This document shows positions 46,443-46,450 of a stretch of 46,450 nucleotides of DNA, one piece after another. The DNA is from Candidatus Woesearchaeota archaeon (GTDB lineage: Archaea; Nanobdellota; Nanobdellia; Pacearchaeales; GW2011-AR1), in contig CAZROF010000003.1 in NCBI GenBank assembly GCA_964601675.1, forward strand, positions 1 through 46,450. The letters are read 5' to 3'. The first letter of the stretch is position 1, and each line of letters opens with the position of its first letter. The notes under the pieces were generated by a model. The model was not told the origin of the DNA, made no database searches, and was given only the letters and a program-made list of their open reading frames with translations. The position numbers and the translations under genes were made by a program.

Positions 46443-46450
46443 GAGTGTGG

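Noticed and set aside
1-46450. CRISPR array, rRNA, DGR reverse transcriptase/template repeat, integrase
   Set aside because: No regularly spaced repeats, rRNA-like sequence, RT or tyrosine recombinase motifs seen in this window

Overview
46.5-kb chromosomal segment of a small-genome archaeon. The gene set, AT-richness and TATA-to-ATG spacing point to DPANN, most likely Pacearchaeota-like (inference). Housekeeping genes include a split Hef (helicase plus separate ERCC4 nuclease), EF-1beta, RPA, RadA, family-4 UDG, S27e-aIF2alpha-Nop10, CTP synthase, RecJ-like DHH protein, uS15, tRNA-Gln(UUG), Bud32 and SRP54. A large type IV pilus locus (ATPase, TadC-like platform, about 10 class III signal-peptide pilins, A24 peptidase) is interrupted by a sucrose phosphorylase-like gene and a decayed copper-ATPase module bounded by a 28-bp direct repeat. 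The most interesting observations are: (1) a family of ~80-nt leader elements (MKLN uORF plus hairpin with conserved TTTTCTA loop) placed 80-82 nt before the starts of EF-1beta, aIF2alpha and SRP54; (2) a pilin-anchored FGE/C-type-lectin protein resembling a remote DGR target; (3) a (AAGTCGG)5 repeat inside the pilus ATPase; (4) a second bulged-hairpin repeat after radA and pyrG; (5) a compositionally distinct right end with three attC-like repeats separating cassette-like genes; (6) an S-layer-like/EmrA-like/EmrB operon. All calls come from reading motifs by eye; no searches were run.
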